Of a stretch of 64,000 bases of DNA, positions 31,776 through 46,544 are shown in pieces (within the stretch, counting starts at the first letter, position 1; every line of letters begins with the position of its first letter). The translations under genes and the position numbers were made by a program. Below the pieces are notes generated by a model, which was not told where the DNA came from, made no database searches, and was given only the letters and a program-made list of their open reading frames with translations. This stretch comes from the human T2T-CHM13v2.0 reference genome, Homo sapiens: the NCBI RefSeq assembly GCF_009914755.1, contig NC_060926.1; one strand, 5' to 3'.

Positions 31776-32696
31776 GTGTTGCTTTTTATTCCTTAATTTT
31801 TTTATATAGCATCTTTTATCACCTTGTACCCAGTTTTCTATGCAAGTATTTCTTTTTCACTACACAGCTTCCTCGTAAGACTTTAACATACGTCTAAGGT
31901 CATTTTACTTTCTCTATCTCTTCATTGTTCTCTTTAAAAAACTTAAATATCTTAATGATAACTTTAATATCGAGATGGCATTTTGGATGAAAAACTTCAT
32001 CAGCTTTTTTCCCTCACAAATTTAGCATGTAGATATTGACACATTCCTTTTATATTATTCTGCCATTTCTGTAGCATTTCACCAGTATGCAAGTCTGCAC
32101 ATGAAGGTATGCTTAGGAAAACTTAATGAACATCCATTTGTACACCTGATTACCATCATTTCATGCCTATAATGTGCAGATAGCCTGATGAAAAGCAACA
32201 GGCTTGTTCCTGGTATTATTCAAGGAACTCATGCTATGTGCTGCCAATAGAGTGGTGTTTTCATTCAGAGAATGCTCCTACTGGGCTCTTTTTCTCTGTC
32301 TTTGTTGAAGGCCTTCTCCTAATAACTTCCGAGCTCTCTCTGTCTTATAGTGCCAAGTAAAGAAAGTATCTGAAACCCAAAATTAAGTAGAGATGTTACA
32401 CAAGGAAATTGTTTTAAGGGTAATTTAAATAATTGGATGTTTAATAGAGGATGCTTTCTGCATTCTTGAGGGGTTCAGACGTAGTGGAAATGACTTATTT
32501 ATATATGGCTACTTTAAGATTGAGACATAGCTATTGAATTTACTTTGTTACTCCACTGTCCATTTAAACTTTTCTTGAGTTCTTATAATGTGGCAGGTGC
32601 AAAAGATGAATTAGAGTACCCTACATTCAAAGAAGCAATTTATCATAAGGTAGGCAGAATAGTTTTGACCAAAAAGTTATAAAATATATTGTAAGA

Positions 32697-33009
32697 CAGG
32701 GGTCCCCAACCCTCGGGCCATGGACCAGTACCAGTCCATAGCCTGTTAGGGACCATGCTGCACATCAGGAAGTGAGCAGCAGGAGAGTGAGCATTACCAC
32801 CTGAGCTCTGCCTCCTGTCAGATCAGTGGTGGCATTAGATTCTCATAGGAGCAAACCCTATTGTGTGAACCCTGCTGTGAAGTGTGCATGCAAGGGATCT
32901 AGGTTACATGCTTCTTATGAGAACCTAATGCCTGGTGATCCGAGTTGGACAGTTTCATCCCGAAAGCATCCCCCTCTATGTCCAGGGAAGGAAAGGTTGG
33001 GGACCACTG
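32697..33009. mobile_element. MER1B (hAT-Charlie)
   Basis: TIRs CAGGGGTCCCCAACC...GGTTGGGGACCACTG; internal gcattagattctcataggagc. Confidence 0.88.
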
Positions 33010-33367
33010 CTGTGAGCTACTATTTGAAGACAACCCAGAAGTGATTTTTGCTTGTAGGTTTCCAGGCAAAGCTTGAGAACCAGTTCTCCTATCCTGATGT
33101 AGAACCTGGTATGATCTACAACACTAAGAACGTGTACATACCTGTGCTTGTATTACTCTCATTAGGACTACTGTGGCAATGTCCCAAGCAAGCACTATTC
33201 AAGATATTGACCCTCAAAAGCAAACTTACCTGAACTGTTCTTTTGTTCTAGTATGCACTCAAAAATCATTTAATTCTGATGAAAAGGGGTAGTTGTGTGA
33301 TTTTGGGGTCAAATTTTAGACCCGTAGAAAAAAAATTGTATATGTAATAAATTTACATATTATAATT

Positions 33368-33370
<3 letters not shown>

Positions 33371-33399
<29 letters not shown>
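33371..33399 (+). repeat. (AC)14 microsatellite
   Basis: Direct reading. Confidence 0.95.
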
Positions 33400-33403
<4 letters not shown>

Positions 33404-33473
33404 TTCACTGTGTTAACCAACTCTGCTCTAGAAAAAGAACCGATGGGGTTTTGATGACGAGCTGCTCTCTTAG

Positions 33474-33812
<339 letters not shown>

Positions 33813-34557
33813 TGAAAGACTTTTGCTGAATGAAAACTAAGTTCATTTTCTACCCAGAATCATTTTGCCGTGATGGGAGAGAGCCAACATTGGTGTTTTA
33901 CTGATGCCAGATATGACTGCATGGAGCTCTATTAAATAGGGCGTGGTTTGGTTGGGAGTTACGTCTTTATTTTGAATTTGTGGATTTTTAAGATAAGTGT
34001 CAGAAAGCAGGATTCTTTGTAACCCTGCAATTCGTACAGCCAGCTTTTGTCTACTGTAGATGAGATTTGGCAGCTACTACCCAGAATAAGAAATTGATTT
34101 TAAAAGTTCAAGTGAATGCATTCCATATTTAAGATGTACATTCGTTCTAATTTCACAAAAAGGTGAAAAGCAATTGTAAATGTTTCCTTTGCCAGAATAA
34201 TTTAAGTGACTTAGTATTTAATGAAACAAAATGATTATGGTGATAGCATTTTAGGACTGTTTTTGTCTGCCTGTATCCTGCTTTATTTCCTCCTATATTT
34301 CAATCAGTTTCTTGAGATTAAAGACAAAAATCTTTTTTACTTTATCTTCTTTCTCTTCTTGACTCCTAAATGTTGTTGTCCCTGAGAACTCACTCATTGC
34401 CCCTCCTCTTTCGACGCTTCCCCTGGCTGAATAACCCCAACTGTGTTCTGATACAGCATACTGTCTCAGGCAGGGCTTCAGACTACAACTGGATGACTCA
34501 CAGATATCTCAAACAAACATATTAATAATTGAATTCATGGTTTTTCTGTAAATACTA

Positions 34558-34804
34558 ATTTTATTTTATTTCTTGAGACAGGGACTCATTGTTTCACCCA
34601 GGCTGTTTGCTTACTTTGTAGCACTTGTAATCACAGCTCACTGCAGCCTCAACCTCCTGGGCTCAAGCCATCCTCCTGTCTCAGGACCCCAGCTCCACCC
34701 CCAAAGTTGGGACCACAGGCGCATGCCACCACACCCAGTGAATTGTTTTATTCTTTGTAGAGATGGGGGTCTTACTATGTTGCCTAGGCTAGTCTTGAAC
34801 TCCT
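34558..34804 (-). mobile_element. AluJ-like, truncated
   Basis: Antisense Alu. Confidence 0.85.
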
Positions 34805-35405
34805 GTAAGTACTTAATCTGCCTTCTGCTTCTCTGCTCTCTAGGCTTTTCTCCCATCAATGCACTCAAGAAGGAAATCTAGGTGGCATTCTTGAATGTCT
34901 TTTCTCTCATATTCAGGCCTCCAGCGATTGCTGTTGTACTCCAGATGTTTTTTTCCATCTGTCACCTATCTTTCCACCCACCCTCTTACTGCAGATCACA
35001 CTCACCTGCTCCCTGAGCTGCGGCCAGTCCTTTGCTTTCCTTGTTCCATTTTTTTCTCCCTCTCCCTTAATGCTTTCCCCATAGGGCATAACATTTAGTT
35101 TTCTTTAGTAGATGATTTCATTCTTCTTAAAAAACTCAGTGGCTTCAAATGAACCTTGGGATAAAATACAAAGTTTAACCATGGCCAAAAGGCCCTATTT
35201 GACTTAGTTATTGCCAGGCTCCTTGACCTTATCTTGTGCCACTCCCGGCTTGTCCCCTCCTTCAGCCATACCTTTCTTTGTAGCTCCTGGAGATTCAATT
35301 CTTTCTTGCCAGGGTCTTTCTACCTCTGCCTCACATATTCCCTCCATCTCTTCATTCCACTTCCCTCATCCCCACCCCCCACTCCCCTCCATCCTCAATA
35401 CACAA

Positions 35406-35452
35406 ATGCTCCTAGGCACCCTCCTTCTGATCCTGTACATCTTAATGTTGTG
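35406..35452 (+). CDS. ITGAV: Alternative first coding exon of ITGAV (MLLGTLLLILYILML + C on splicing to exon 2)
   Basis: ATG at 35406, 47 nt, TG|gtgagt donor in phase 2, in frame with exon 2; matches my recollection of an annotated ITGAV isoform with this N-terminus. Confidence 0.8.
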
Positions 35453-35747
35453 GTGAGTTCCTTAGAAATAACTTCTCTGTCTACTTTATCTAAAAGAGAA
35501 CTTTCTTCCCCATTCTTTAAAGATGATTTCCTTAGAGAGACTTTCCTTTACCTAGAGGAAATCTTTCCCCTCTCATCCTTAGAGATAACTGCTCTGTCTA
35601 AAGAAGGTCTCCTCTCCCTATTCCCAAAAATCTCTCTCAGCTAATTGTTTGCTTACTTGGTAGGACTTGTAATAGTAATTTATTTATTGGCTAGTTTCTT
35701 GCCTCTAAGGGAATGTAAGCTAAATTCCTCCATTAAGAGCAGGAATC

Positions 35748-36045
<298 letters not shown>

Positions 36046-36329
36046 GGCAGAAACCAAGGTTGTTTTATTCATCTGGTATCTCTAGCACTTAGGACCTTGC
36101 TTTATGTAGAGGAAGCACTCACTTCATATCTTTTATGAATGAATAGAAAACAACAAAAGAAAACATCTCTTTAAAATTAAAAATTTTACTCCTGATTATT
36201 GTGTCTTTGGTTTATTTTACCTTAATGACAAAGAAATTGAATAGTGGTCCTAATCTTTGACCAAGAATTGATTAGATTAATCTTGTGATAAGAAATTTTT
36301 TATTAAATAGTCAACTATTAAAAAAAATT

Positions 36330-36560
36330 AAGCCTAGGCAATGTGGCGAGACCCCACCCCTACAGAAAATTAAAAAAAAAAATTAGCTTAGCATGGTGGC
36401 ATATGCCTGTAGTTCTACCTGCTCAGGAGGCTGAGGTAGGAGGATCGCTTGAGCCAGGAGTTGGAGGTTGCAGTGAGTTATGATTGTACCACTGCACTCC
36501 AGCCTGGGTGACAAAGCAAAACCCTGTCTCTTAAAAAAAAAAAATAGAATAAAATAAAAA
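36330..36560 (+). mobile_element. 5'-truncated AluJ
   Basis: Partial left arm, right arm and A tail. Confidence 0.88.
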
Positions 36561-37091
36561 TTACAGCAATATTTCTAATGCAAGATAATTTTTCTAAATG
36601 GGAAAATCATATTTATAATTATACTTTGGAATAATTTACTTAGAATATTTTTTTTTTTGCTCAACATTCAGAATATAGAAAATGCATAGTAATTCTCTCA
36701 CACACGCACATGCACACACACACACACCAGAACACCAAAACAAAACTTTCCTGCCTCTAGGCAGCATACATTTTTAAGAGCTTTACTGAGATATGTGACA
36801 TACAATAAACTGTACATATTTAAAGTGTATGATTGACCTGCATAAATTCCTAAATGAATGTAACCCTGAACTTGCCTTATAAAGTTATCAGGAAAAATAA
36901 ACTATATCAAATAATGTATGCATGCAAGAGACTACCAAATGAATAATGAAGATTATGCCCTCAGTGAATAGCAAATGGTTTTAAAAAATATTTATAGATA
37001 ATATCAAGAGAATGATTGCTCCTCATAAATCAGAAGATATTGCTTACACTTTGTTTCATTTAAACTTTGGTCTGCCGCTTTTGTATTTTAG

Positions 37092-37222
37092 CCGGATGTT
37101 TCTTCTCGTGGGAGCTCCCAAAGCAAACACCACCCAGCCTGGGATTGTGGAAGGAGGGCAGGTCCTCAAATGTGACTGGTCTTCTACCCGCCGGTGCCAG
37201 CCAATTGAATTTGATGCAACAG
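37092..37222 (+). CDS. ITGAV: Integrin alpha-V exon 2 (131 nt; FG-GAP repeat 1; NTT sequon)
   Basis: tgtattttag|C acceptor; (S)[43 protein letters not shown](G); CAG|gtaaat donor; phase matches exon 1. Confidence 0.98.
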
Positions 37223-37667
37223 GTAAATTTTGATGCACAATTTTCTTTTCATTGATTTCATTTGATTTTTTTTTTGCAATTGGTTTAGTTTAAATGTAGC
37301 CATTTAATACAATTATATAGATAAGCACCTCAGCTTCACAGGGAAAATTATATAAAGACAAACGATTTATTATATGATTTTTTCCTACAATTTTTGTGGT
37401 AGATGAAAGTATTAAAAGTACGTTGTGTTTCCATTGGTTCAGATGTCTTCTGCCGTAAACTGATAATATCAACCCACAGAAATTTGGGGTAAACCTGTTA
37501 GGATGTTTTTGTACCTTTTCTGAGAATAGGGAGCTCATAGGCACAGAAAGGCATTCTGCTGCTTCTCTGTCAACCAAATTGAAGCATGACTCACTATTGT
37601 AGAAGATCAAATCTCTGATCATGAATATATCCAAGCCTTAGGCTGTGCTATAAAAAGCAGTTGAGGA

Positions 37668-38037
<370 letters not shown>

Positions 38038-38932
38038 TTATATATTATGGTTCTGATAACAGGAGAATTTTAGGGATAATTTTCAGTGTCAGGATTGTGG
38101 TAGCAAGGAGAAAAATAGCATGTGTAAGATGAGAAATAAGCTTTACATTTTTGCCAGTGAAATAAAATATGCAGAATTCTGTACGCATTTATATTGGTAT
38201 ATTTATATATATTTGTGAAATCTTAGATAGTCCTTAAGGAAATAGTGTGACATTCTTCTAGTACAATAGTCTTACAAAATTTTTTATTGATTCTGATTTG
38301 CTGGCTTTGACAGAGTGCTTTAAGATAAACCTGCAGAAAATTAATCCTTTTTTCCATATTGTTATTTCCTGCCAGTACTAAAATATATTGATTCTGGGAA
38401 ATATGTCAGTGAAACAGGAATCATGATGTGGACTGTTCCATTTGACATTGTGATCAGTGCCAAAATGGTTGTTAGTCATTAAGCCAGCTGTTAATGGGAA
38501 CCAGATCACATGCACATGTTTTCAGGGTTTTTTTTTTCCATTTGAAATTATCTACATTAAACTCTGTTGTTGTATTTTTCCATATATGGCTAATACTTGG
38601 AAAACTCCAAGAGTTTGTAAAAAGGCCCAATTTTACCATAAATGGAGAAATACCTGTGACTCAGAATATGATAGTTTTAGGGCATTTATTGTCTAACAAA
38701 ATATGAGAACTAATAAAAGGAAACCACAGTTTAGATTTTGATAGGTCGAACTCTTCAGATGTTTCTGTACTTAACACTGTAGGTTTTTGTGCATTGCAAG
38801 ATAATTTATTGCTTCAGATAATTTTTTGTTTATTGAAAATAACATTTGCACATGGTAAAACAAATTTTAAAGAGTCTCAAAGGGTGTACAATGAAACATA
38901 CAACTCACATCAGTCTTCTCAGAAGCAATCAC

Positions 38933-39240
<308 letters not shown>

Positions 39241-39899
39241 ATGAGGCAATTACTCTTAACAATTTCTTTTATCCTTCTAGAATTTTCTTACTTCTATATA
39301 TGTATGCATCCTTGAAAAAAAGGCAACTCAAAAATCTGATGCCTCCCTGCACCGTTCTAACAATAGAAATCTCTTGTAGATATTTCCTTATCGGCATATG
39401 AATTTACCTCATTTTTTGTAAATCACTGATACTATTCTATTGTATATGTGTACTTAATTTGCTTAAATTATATTTTCTACTAGTGGATACTTTGGTTATT
39501 TCCAGTCTTTTATTATGAACACTGCTGTAGTGAAAAGGTTATACACAAGTATTTGTACAAATATGTGAATATATCTGTATGATAAAGGAGATTTTTGGAT
39601 CAAAATGTATGTATATTTAAAGTTTTGTTAGGTATTGTATACTTTCCCTCACAGAAGTTTACACCCCTCCAGTTGTGTTTTGAAACCCATGGCAACCTCA
39701 TTTATTAGCATATTTTTAAATCTTCGTCAGTTTTATAGGAGGAGATAGTATCTGTTATGTTAATTTGCATTTCTTTAATTAACAGTAAGACTGAGTGTCT
39801 TCATATTTGTTTGTAAGCCTTCAGTATCCCTTTTCCTGTGAGCTACTTTTAGTATATTTGCACATATTTTCTGTTAATTTGTGATTTTTAAAAAATGAA

Positions 39900-40750
39900 T
39901 CTCAGTTTATGGCACTCCATCCTTTCAGTGTTTAGGCCAGAATCTGGAGCTGTGTTTGACATTGAATCTGTCAGTAGGTCAAAATTTAACTGCTTCTTAT
40001 CAGTCCACTGCTAATATCCTGGTCCAAGCCACCACTGTCTCCCACCTGGACTATTGCCCTAGATTTCTGAATTAGGGCATTGCCAGGAACGAGATGGCAC
40101 ACTTAAATTGAGGTATTTTGACTATTTACAGAGGTCTGTGCAGGTACCTGGGGATTGATCGTATATCAGCACTAGTTAAAATGTGACCTCTAGGCCTGAA
40201 GGCAGCGATTACCAGAATCTGAAGACAGAATACTAGGTGTAGAGAGCCACGTGACAGGAGCTGTGGCTTTTTTCAGAGGGCAGGAGCCAGCCCAAAATGA
40301 CCAGGGGATTAAAACAATGAGCTCACTCTGCTTCCTCCCTTTGATTCTCTGTGCTGTGCCTCATAAACAGTAGGCACATTCCCACTTCACCCTTGCCTGG
40401 GCTGTGTTTCCTGCCTGGAACATTCTTTCCCTAAATATCCACTGAGTATCTGCTTCACCATCATTTTGAGAATTGCTCAGATATTATCTTCTCAGTGATG
40501 ACCATCTCATTTAAAATTCCAACTCCCCCTTCTCACCTTGTACTTCCATCCTCTTCTCTATTTTTCCCAGTAATACTTACATTGTTACATGTTATTTATT
40601 TGTTTTTAGTGAATGTCTCTTTCCCTCAATTAGAATGTAAGTTCCATGAGGACTGTTTTTTATCTTTGTTCATTGCTGAGACTCCAGGGCCTAAACATTG
40701 TCTGGTGCCCAGCACAAGTTAGTGCTGAATAAATTGAAGAGATGAATGTA
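39900..40750 (+). mobile_element. LINE-2 fragments with an internal LTR-like insert
   Basis: cctggtccaagccaccactgtctcccacctggact; tagaatgtaagttccatgagg; tgctgaataaattgaagagatgaatg. Confidence 0.6.
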
Positions 40751-40823
40751 CGATAAGAGGTTTTTATATAGTAAGGAAATAACTAAAGTCCTTTAGTGGT
40801 TGTAGATGTGTATATATATATAT

Positions 40824-41052
40824 ATTTATATGTATAATACATATATTCTTATGTATATGTATAATACATATATTCTTATGTATATGTATAATACATATAT
40901 TCTTATGTATATGTATAATACATATATTCTTATGTATATGTATAATACATATATTCTTATGTATATGTATAATACATATATTCTTATGTATATGTATAAT
41001 ACATATATTCTTATGTATATGTATAATACATATATTCTTATGTATATGTATA
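40824..41052 (+). repeat. 27-bp AT-rich minisatellite (ATGTATATGTATAATACATATATTCTT), ~8.4 copies
   Basis: Seven perfect units 40851-41039, one variant unit before and a partial unit after. Confidence 0.97.
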
Positions 41053-41429
41053 TCTTTTGTCCCTGTTTATGATATTTCTGTAATCCTTTTGTATAACTTC
41101 TGAGACCTCCCCAGTGGAAAAACAATTAAGACTTCATTTTTTTACATTAGTATTTTTATTCAAATGGTGTTTATTTGAATGTAAGAGGACAACATAGATT
41201 TAAATAATCCAGTCAAGAAAATGTATATCTAAAATAGCCACATTAAACTATATGGTATTGAGTTTCAAGGAAGAAATGCTTATAGCTTATCGCATCCTGC
41301 TAAACTTTCTTTATGTCTCTCTCCCAAGGAACTCTTCATCCCATCTTAGCCCAAACATATAAGCATCCCTACAATACAAATGCCTTCTCTCTTTTTTATT
41401 ATCTCAAGGGAGACAGAAGCTGAGCAGAT

Positions 41430-41670
41430 ATGTGGGGTTTCTGAAGGCAGCCTCCCTGGGGCTCAAACCCTGGTTCTGCCAGTTACCAGCTGTTGACGTT
41501 GCACGGGTTACTGTTAGGTTACCCTCATCTCCCTAGTGCAGTATTCTCATCAACCTGCTCCATGGGTGTGGATTACATCGCATGAGTTAATTTACATATA
41601 GGTGAAGACTTCTAAAGTGCTTAGGACAGGGATTGGCATGTTGAAATGGCTCAGTAAACATGAGCTGTTT
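41430..41670 (+). mobile_element. MIR SINE
   Basis: ctcaaaccctggttctgccagttaccagctg...taaagtgcttaggacag. Confidence 0.65.
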
Positions 41671-42459
41671 CATGTCGCTATTCCTCCCTTTTGCCTTCTT
41701 AGAGACCCTCCCTATTCCTTCATTTGCTTCTGTATCCCTGCTACATTCTCCCTTTTCCTTTCTTCCCCAACTTTGAAGTGTGTTTAAAGTTTTTTCCCTG
41801 AAAAACTAATCAAAAACTGTTTTCCCTTGAACATGTATCTTTTCTTAGTCAGTCACATCTTTCTCTCTTCTTTCCTTTACATCCATGATTTTTGAATACA
41901 TATTGTGTCTTCATCACTTGTCATGCTTCAATCCAATAGAATCACTGTTGGGTTGTGGCACCGACCCAACCCAGCAGTGATTCTAACTGCGATTGTTGAC
42001 AGCAGCCTATTTGCCAGCTTCAGGGGATGCTTATGGTTCCTCATCTTTTTGGACTGCTCTTTTACAATTCACCCCATTGGCCATTCCCTCCTTAAAGTTT
42101 CTGCTCTTCGTCTGCTTGAAATGATCACATCCTTTTATCCCTCCTAAACTTGATACTATTGTTAAACCTCATGGTGTCATGAAAAGGAATAGGCCTTGTA
42201 GTTAGACAGACATGGGCTCAAATCTAGCCTCTGTCATTTTTTCTAACATTACCTTGGGAAAATTACCTGCCATTCTACATTGTATAATACATTCCAGGGG
42301 TGATCACGAAGAGTATAAATTGGTTAGTTTATTTACTTTATTGTGTTTCTGAGCCCAGAACAGATTTTAGTGCTTAAAAGTGCCCTGTCCTCATGTTTTT
42401 AATATTTGGGAAGTAATTTAGTTTATGAAACAGTCTCAAGAAAATTAGCTGTAATTATA

Positions 42460-42820
42460 TGATGTGGGAGATATTACAACACTTTGTCATTATTCACATT
42501 TTTTTAAACTTCTGGGAAGACCTTTGGTATGCCCATGTGACTTTTTCTGGCCCATAAAACATAAGGAGAATTGTGTCATTTCTGGGTGGCAGGGTTTAAG
42601 AGCTGGGGCATTATTCTGCCCCTTCCCAGATGTCACAGGGAGTAGTGATAGTTGAAATGGTAGAACTTCTGTCAACCTGAGGCCTGTGGTAAGGAAGACA
42701 TAAAGCTTAGACTCTTACTCATATGTGTGTGGACAAAAAAAAATCTATTGTTCTTTTTAACTACTTGAGATTTGGGGGATGCTTGTTACTATAGCATAAT
42801 GGGAACTAAACTGAATAACA
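42460..42820 (+). mobile_element. MaLR LTR (MLT1-like)
   Basis: ccatgtgactttttctggcc...gagatttgggggatgcttgttactatagcataa. Confidence 0.55.
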
Positions 42821-45800
42821 CATATAGGGATATTAAAATGGAATATTATCAATAATCATCTGCTGGAAAATGGTTATTAAAACCACTTTCTATTCTGCAT
42901 GCCAGTTTGGTCTTCCTTTAAGTTTCTAGTCTGACTTACTGAGTATCTGAGTGACTAAGTGACTAGGTATCATTGCTTATGCTAAAAATGGCCCCTGACG
43001 TTAAGTTGCATTTGGATTGGGAGAAACTATAAATAGACTAAGTACCTGATAGGGATGTCATAGCTTTGGGGTTCCTTGAGTATAGTGACACAAAACTGGC
43101 ATGTGTTTTGTGGCGACTCTGGAAGCTATGGCTATGGAGTTGTTGCAAAAGATATCATTTCTGGGGGGCAAGAGGCTTTGAAGCCAGAATGACTCCTGCG
43201 TCTACCAGGTTTTGTTTCTTCATATCTGAGCCGTCACCTGGCGGGGCAAAGAGAAGTACTCTGGACAGCTGGGTGGACAGTTGTATAGGAAAGTTCATGT
43301 AAGGATTCTCACCAAAGAGGTATGTCTGGTTCTGTCCTGCTGGAAAGCTGTGGTTGTGTCCTATATCCTTGCAAGTAGATTGGTGCTTCATATGGCCTTT
43401 GATAGTTTTGTGAGTTTGAAAGTTTAGTTGAGCCTTAGGAAGCCGCAGATGATGTTGCATCAACATTTGAAGTCTGTAATTGTATGAAATATTCTAGGCT
43501 GGTTGCTGCATAGTCTGTTTCTCCTTTGAAAAAATAGAATAGTAACTATATTCCTTCCTACAAAAAAGAACAAACCTCAGCTAGCTCTAGAATCACAACA
43601 AAAATTTTACAGTAAAGTGCTTGGAGATACTACAAATGCTTGGCATTAAGTAATATTTTGTAAAATGGTCCTTTCCTCTCCCATTCACCTTTTAAGTCAG
43701 GTTCTGCCATACTGGTAGTCTTAGTGCACTGAGTACAGTTCTCTTTCTTATTAAGCTGAATTTTTTGTTGATTTTTTTTTTCTTACTGATGTTATAGTAT
43801 GTTTGTTTTCCTGAGTAGACTATAAGCTATCTAAAGGCAGGGAACACATTTATTTCCACTCACCATTTATTCCACTTCCATATGGTGGGTTGCCTGTGTG
43901 TATGTTCCATGCAAGTTTTGGGCTCTTCATGAAAAGTAATAGAAATAGACTCTAGCTAAATTTAACAGAACAAGAATTTATTGGAAGGATGTTGGTAACT
44001 TAACAGTTATCTGAAAAAATAAGCAGGAACCAAGAGAAGCTAACAAAAGAACAACCAGTGGATTTTATTGTTGCTGGTACTGCTATTGCTGAATGTGGAG
44101 TAACACCATGAGAATAATTTCTTGTCCATCATGCCTCTTTGCATCATTTTATAGAGATTTAAAACTTTTATAGTAGTGTCTGTTTGGGTGAGTCTAAGTC
44201 TCATATCTGTGAAAGACCTGGAAAGCCTGTCTTATCTTACACAACTAAGAAGATTATGAGCTTGTAGAGGGAACTAAAAGGTATAGGATTAAAAGGGTGC
44301 CTTTTTCTCCTTTTGACTGGAAAACAGGGTAATAGGAAGGAAACATCCTTTGCAAATAACCCTTTTTATCTGTTGGGCTAATTAGTAATTCATGAACTAA
44401 TTTTACTTTGTGTTTACCAGTGACGTCCCTGGATGTTAGATAGTATATCATTTATTAAAAGGCCATGTAACTGTTGCTTGTCACGTGCATTAAGACATAC
44501 ACTAGTAGCTAATTAAGAAAATCTGGATTTTGCTTTTAAGGTATCATAACACAACTTTCTTAGCTTTTAAAGAAGACAGATGGACACTTTAGATGTGCTT
44601 TCCTATCCTGTAACATGATTTTGGTGGTTTGAGTTGGGGGTAAGAGAGAGGCTTTCAAAAATGTATTTGAGAGATCAGTCTAAAAGTTATTTTACTGTAA
44701 TTCTGAAAAGTAGACATAAATAGATTCATACCAAAATAAAGGAGGCATAACTGGAAAGTATCTAACTTTGCCTGGGGACTTTGAAGAAGGCTTCCTAGAT
44801 TAGTTGGTGACATTTGAGCTAGCTAATGAAAAATGAGATGAAATTCCTTAGATGTCGAAGAGGGTTCTAGCTTGAGAAAACAGTATGTGTATGCTGAGTA
44901 AAAGAAGTTAGGGACTGATAATCAAGTAATTCCATGTGCCCTACATATATATATATATGTATGTGGGCATAAGGGTTATACGTGTGTGGTGGTGGGGTTA
45001 TGGTGTTGAGGGCACGATGAGGAATAAAACTGGAAGTAGCTGAGGAAAGATATAAATGAGTTTTTAAAAACATACTCTAAAGGTCTAGCCAAATAAATTT
45101 ACCATTAAATCTTAATGCATATAGAGTATTATATTAGAGATAGAAGGATCTAGAGCCCCATAGGGACATCTTGGACTCCTGGTTCCTTGTAGATTTCACA
45201 TGAACATTGCAGATGAACTAATACTTTCAGTACCCGTCTTATTAATTTTCCTAGTCACTTTTTTGGTAAAATGATAGAAGTTACATGAAATAATGAATAT
45301 TATCATATACATATATTCAAAATATTATAGACACGACTTTAAAAAATGTGGAGTTTCATGATACAAAGTTTAATTTAGTAGAAGGTACAATCCAGGATAG
45401 AAAAGTTACTCGCTGCTTTGATTTTTGAATAATATTTATGCTTTAGTGAGCCTTCAGGAGTAAAAAGGAAACCTTAGTCCAAAATTTAGATTTGCAAAAG
45501 TTATCTCCAAAATGTGCTGCCCTGTTAATTTTCTTTCAAGATCTTGACTCTGGCTTGTCATCTTTATTTTTCTTTTTCCCCCAGATTTGCCTGATAGAAT
45601 GTATAAACAAAGCCACAACTAAGATGTTTTAAAAAGTTTCTTATTTTATATGTTTATGCAATGATTGAAATATTACAACTTGCTTTTGCTTTTGAAATAG
45701 CAGTTGCCCTCTTGGATTTGTAAACCTTTTCATCCAGTGACTCTTCATAATTTATAGATTTTAAGCAAGGTCTGCATAATGAAGGAATAGTTTTTTTCCC

Positions 45801-46074
45801 CTAAATTGAAAGAATAATGTGAACTTTGATATGTTGTGGAATTAGTGAAAATGAAACAGTTATTTTGGGTATGATTTCTTTGTTTTAGTCTAAGATGATT
45901 GATAGGTAGAAAACTCACAAGTGGATGATTTAGTTTAGGGATTAATGATCTATGTATTTTCAGTAGTAAAGTTATTCCAAACTATAATAGATTGCGATGC
46001 AAAACAATATTGAGACTATTCATGTAGCAAACCTAGACTGCTCATGTAGTCTGTTATCTGTTTTGCCTTCATGG

Positions 46075-46506
46075 CTGCATTCGTTTCCTGTTGCTATTGT
46101 CGTAAGTTACCAAAGATAACACATCTGTTATCTTTAGTTCTGGAGGTCAGATGTCCAAAATGGATTCACTGGGCCAAATCAAGGTGAGAAACTGTTTCCT
46201 TTCCATTTCCAGCTTGTAGAGCCATTGGCATTCTTTGTCTTGTGGTTCCTTCCCTTATCTTCAAAGCCAGCAATAGCTACCGGGGTCGTTCTCATGCTGC
46301 ATTACTCGAACATTGACCCTACTGCCCCCCGACCCTTGTGATTATAATGAGTCCACCCAGCTAATCCAGACTTACCTCTTATTTCAAGGTCCTTAATTTG
46401 ATCACTTCTGCAAAGTCCTTTTTGCCTTACAAGGGTCACATATTTATGTGTCAGTTTCTGGGAATTAGAAGTTGAATATCTCAGGGATATTATTCGCCTA
46501 CCACAG
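46075..46506 (-). mobile_element. MaLR LTR (MLT1C/D-like)
   Basis: agttctggaggtcagatgtccaaaat...atcacttctgcaaagtccttttgcc...attattcgcctaccaca. Confidence 0.75.
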
Positions 46507-46544
46507 TGCCCTTTTATGTATTTTCTTTTTTAATTATTTGTTAT

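Noticed and set aside
40806-41125. Repetitive ORFs (MYMYNTYIL)n / (IYIRIYVLY)n and a CRISPR-like look
   Set aside because: Translation of a 27-bp minisatellite; units are contiguous with no unique spacers, there are no cas genes, and the DNA is eukaryotic
42900-43500. Moderately GC-rich intronic stretch with 78-aa and 103-aa ORFs
   Set aside because: No recognisable protein similarity or convincing exon structure; probably an old repeat remnant that I cannot classify by eye
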